Assembly: GCA_964016885.1 (NCBI GenBank)
Contig: OZ024740.1
Span: forward strand, 237,398,001 to 237,462,000
Direction: 5' to 3'
DNA: 64,000 nucleotides
Source: Eledone cirrhosa
Lineage: Eukaryota
Below, in pieces: positions 63,420 through 64,000 of the stretch. The notes beneath the pieces were generated by a model, which had not been told where the DNA came from, did not search any database, and saw nothing but the letters and a program-made list of their open reading frames with translations. The translations under genes and the position numbers were made by a program. How positions within the stretch are numbered: the first letter of the stretch is position 1; each line of letters begins with the position of its first letter.

Positions 63420-63715
63420 CACACATATATATACATACATACATATATATACTCATACATAGACATGCATATATACACACACACATACACATACATATAC
63501 GCATATATACACATACATACACATCCATGTATGCGTATACACATACAAACACAACCACACGCTCACACAACTCAGACATACATAAATAAAGGGATATACA
63601 TACACATATATACATATATAAATAGAGATATATATACACATAAATATATACACACATACACACACACACTCATACATACACATACATACATACATACATA
63701 TACATACACACACAC

Positions 63716-63756
<41 letters not shown>

Positions 63757-63881
63757 TATACACATATATATATAAAAATAAAGAAATAAAAGAATAAAAT
63801 AAAGAAATTAAATAAATAAATTAATACACCCAGTCAGACAAATATGCACACACATACATATATATATATATACACATATAC

Positions 63882-63926
<45 letters not shown>

Positions 63927-64000
63927 CATATACATACATATATATATATATACACATACACACATCAACTACAAATATATATATATATATATATATATAT
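62859..64000. repeat. Degenerate (TA)n/(CA)n low-complexity tract
   Basis: Direct inspection. Confidence 0.9.

Overview
AT-rich eukaryotic non-coding DNA, most consistent with a cephalopod (octopus-like) genome; this is inferred from very long (TA)n arrays, RTE LINEs with (ATG)n tails, and CORE- and Nin/Deu-type tRNA SINEs. No intact host gene is supported, and nearly all long ORFs in the track are translations of micro- or minisatellites. Recognisable content: an L1/Tx1 3' end, six 5'-truncated RTE LINE copies in two families (all minus strand), several SINE families, a Chapaev3-like transposon, a DD37D Tc1/mariner relic, hAT/pogo/piggyBac-type MITEs, a Gypsy gag-protease relic, a 4.2 kb 19-bp minisatellite and an 800 bp polypyrimidine tract. 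The most notable signal is a dense set of short elements inside (TA)n arrays that carry type I hammerhead ribozyme folds: about nine complete or near-complete, plus half or degenerate cores, from several unrelated sequence families. Many form long fold-back palindromes whose turning point lies in or next to the ribozyme. With a nearby GIY-YIG remnant, this points to microsatellite-associated, non-autonomous Penelope-like or retrozyme-like retroelements. All ribozyme folds were read by eye and need covariance-model and cleavage validation.
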